Below, in pieces: positions 15,633 through 16,163 of a stretch of DNA of 16,163 bases (the first letter of the stretch is position 1; the number at the start of each line of letters is the position of its first letter). The DNA comes from Abditibacteriaceae bacterium (GTDB lineage Bacteria; Armatimonadota; Abditibacteriia; Abditibacteriales; Abditibacteriaceae). The stretch is taken from positions 1-16,163 of the forward strand of contig JANMKN010000106.1 in NCBI GenBank assembly GCA_031372065.1, read 5' to 3'. The notes under the pieces were generated by a model. That model was not told the origin of the DNA, did not search any database, and saw nothing but the letters and a program-made list of their open reading frames with translations. The translations under genes were made by a program, and so were the position numbers.

Positions 15633-15974
15633 TCAGTCGAAAATATCGAAAATCTCGCCCAACATCCCGCGTTTTTTGCGTTTGCCGTGTTTGTCATAAC
15701 GCGCGTCGTGACCATGCTGCTGACGGTAATGATAATCATCGTCGTCATCATCTTGGCGTCGGTAGTTGGGTTGTTGATAAACCGGCGCCGCCGTTTGTAT
15801 CGCGGGCGATTGAGACGCCGCCACCGGCGCCGGTTTTTCGGACAGCGAGGCTTCGATGATTTTGTCGAGTTCGCCCCGGTCAAGCCACACGCCGCGACAT
15901 TGCGGGCAATAATCCACTTCGATGGACTGCCGCTCGTAAATCTTCAATTCGACTTGGCACACCGGACATTTCAT
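15633..15974 (-). CDS. zf-TFIIB (transcription factor zinc-ribbon) domain small protein
   Basis: MKCPVC...IEVDYCPQCRGVWLDRGELDKII, a low-complexity linker and C-terminal KKRGMLGEIFDIFD. AGGAGG SD 5 nt before ATG 15974. Confidence 0.9.
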   Translation of the reverse strand: MKCPVCQVELKIYERQSIEVDYCPQCRGVWLDRGELDKIIEASLSEKPAPVAASQSPAIQTAAPVYQQPNYRRQDDDDDDYHYRQQHGHDARYDKHGKRKKRGMLGEIFDIFD

Positions 15975-15986
15975 AAATTCCTCCTG

Positions 15987-16038
15987 AAAAACAAAAAAGG
16001 CCCTCACCACATTTGCGGATGCATTTGCAGTAAAGGCC
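15987..16038 (-). terminator. Second terminator-like hairpin in the riboswitch leader
   Basis: Minus strand GGCCTTTACTGCA...TGTGGTGAGGGCC (13 bp including G-U pairs), then TTTTTTGTTTTT. Confidence 0.55.
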
Positions 16039-16039
16039 C

Positions 16040-16093
16040 AAAAACAAAAAAGGCGAGCCTTCACTTAAAAAATTAAGTGAAGGTCTCGCCTTT
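16040..16093 (-). terminator. Riboswitch expression-platform terminator
   Basis: Minus strand AAAGGCGAG(A)CCTTCACTTAA-TTTT-TTAAGTGAAGGCTCGCCTTT, then TTTGTTTTT. The 5' arm overlaps the aptamer 3' strand GGCGAGACC. Confidence 0.8.
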
Positions 16094-16163
16094 ACTGCGG
16101 ACACCGGCTTTTTTCAAAGCGTATTGACGGCACCCGCTTCGCAGAATTTCATTAAAAATCCGC
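16081..16163 (-). ncRNA. yybP-ykoY (Mn2+) riboswitch, 5' end outside the window
   Basis: P2-like hairpin GCGGATTTT/GAAATTCTGC; P3 GCGGGTGCCG/CGGTGTCCGC with internal loop TCAATAC and P3.2 GCTTT-GAAA-AAAGC; 3' GGCGAGACC. It lies upstream of a TerC gene, a typical context. The 5' GGGGAGTAGC is expected just beyond 16163. Confidence 0.85.

Overview
A 16 kb stretch of bacterial chromosome. Gene style and content suggest Abditibacteriota/Armatimonadota, but that is inference only. In order it holds: a 5'-truncated lipoate-protein ligase family gene; a cluster of a single-domain response regulator, a small membrane protein and an ECF sigma factor; a PhyH-family Fe/2OG-type dioxygenase; a small secreted protein; a minus-strand operon of a renalase-like FAD oxidoreductase, an SPFH/Band-7 protein and an atypical NAD kinase; a 1212-aa secreted beta-helix/Calx-beta protein; a D-2-hydroxyacid dehydrogenase; GTP-dependent PEP carboxykinase; and a yybP-ykoY (Mn2+) riboswitch, cut by the window edge, ahead of a zf-TFIIB small protein and a TerC/Alx gene. 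I found no transposase, tRNA, rRNA or CRISPR array. The best leads are: (1) renalase translationally coupled to the SPFH + NAD-kinase-like pair, a candidate scaffolded NAD(P) repair module; (2) a yybP-ykoY leader with two tandem terminator-like hairpins that share a 15-nt tail; (3) a PhyH enzyme with HxH...H in place of the HxD...H triad; (4) an ECF sigma factor with a strongly acidic N-terminal extension and no adjacent anti-sigma; (5) several palindromic or tandem repeat elements and probable leaderless genes.
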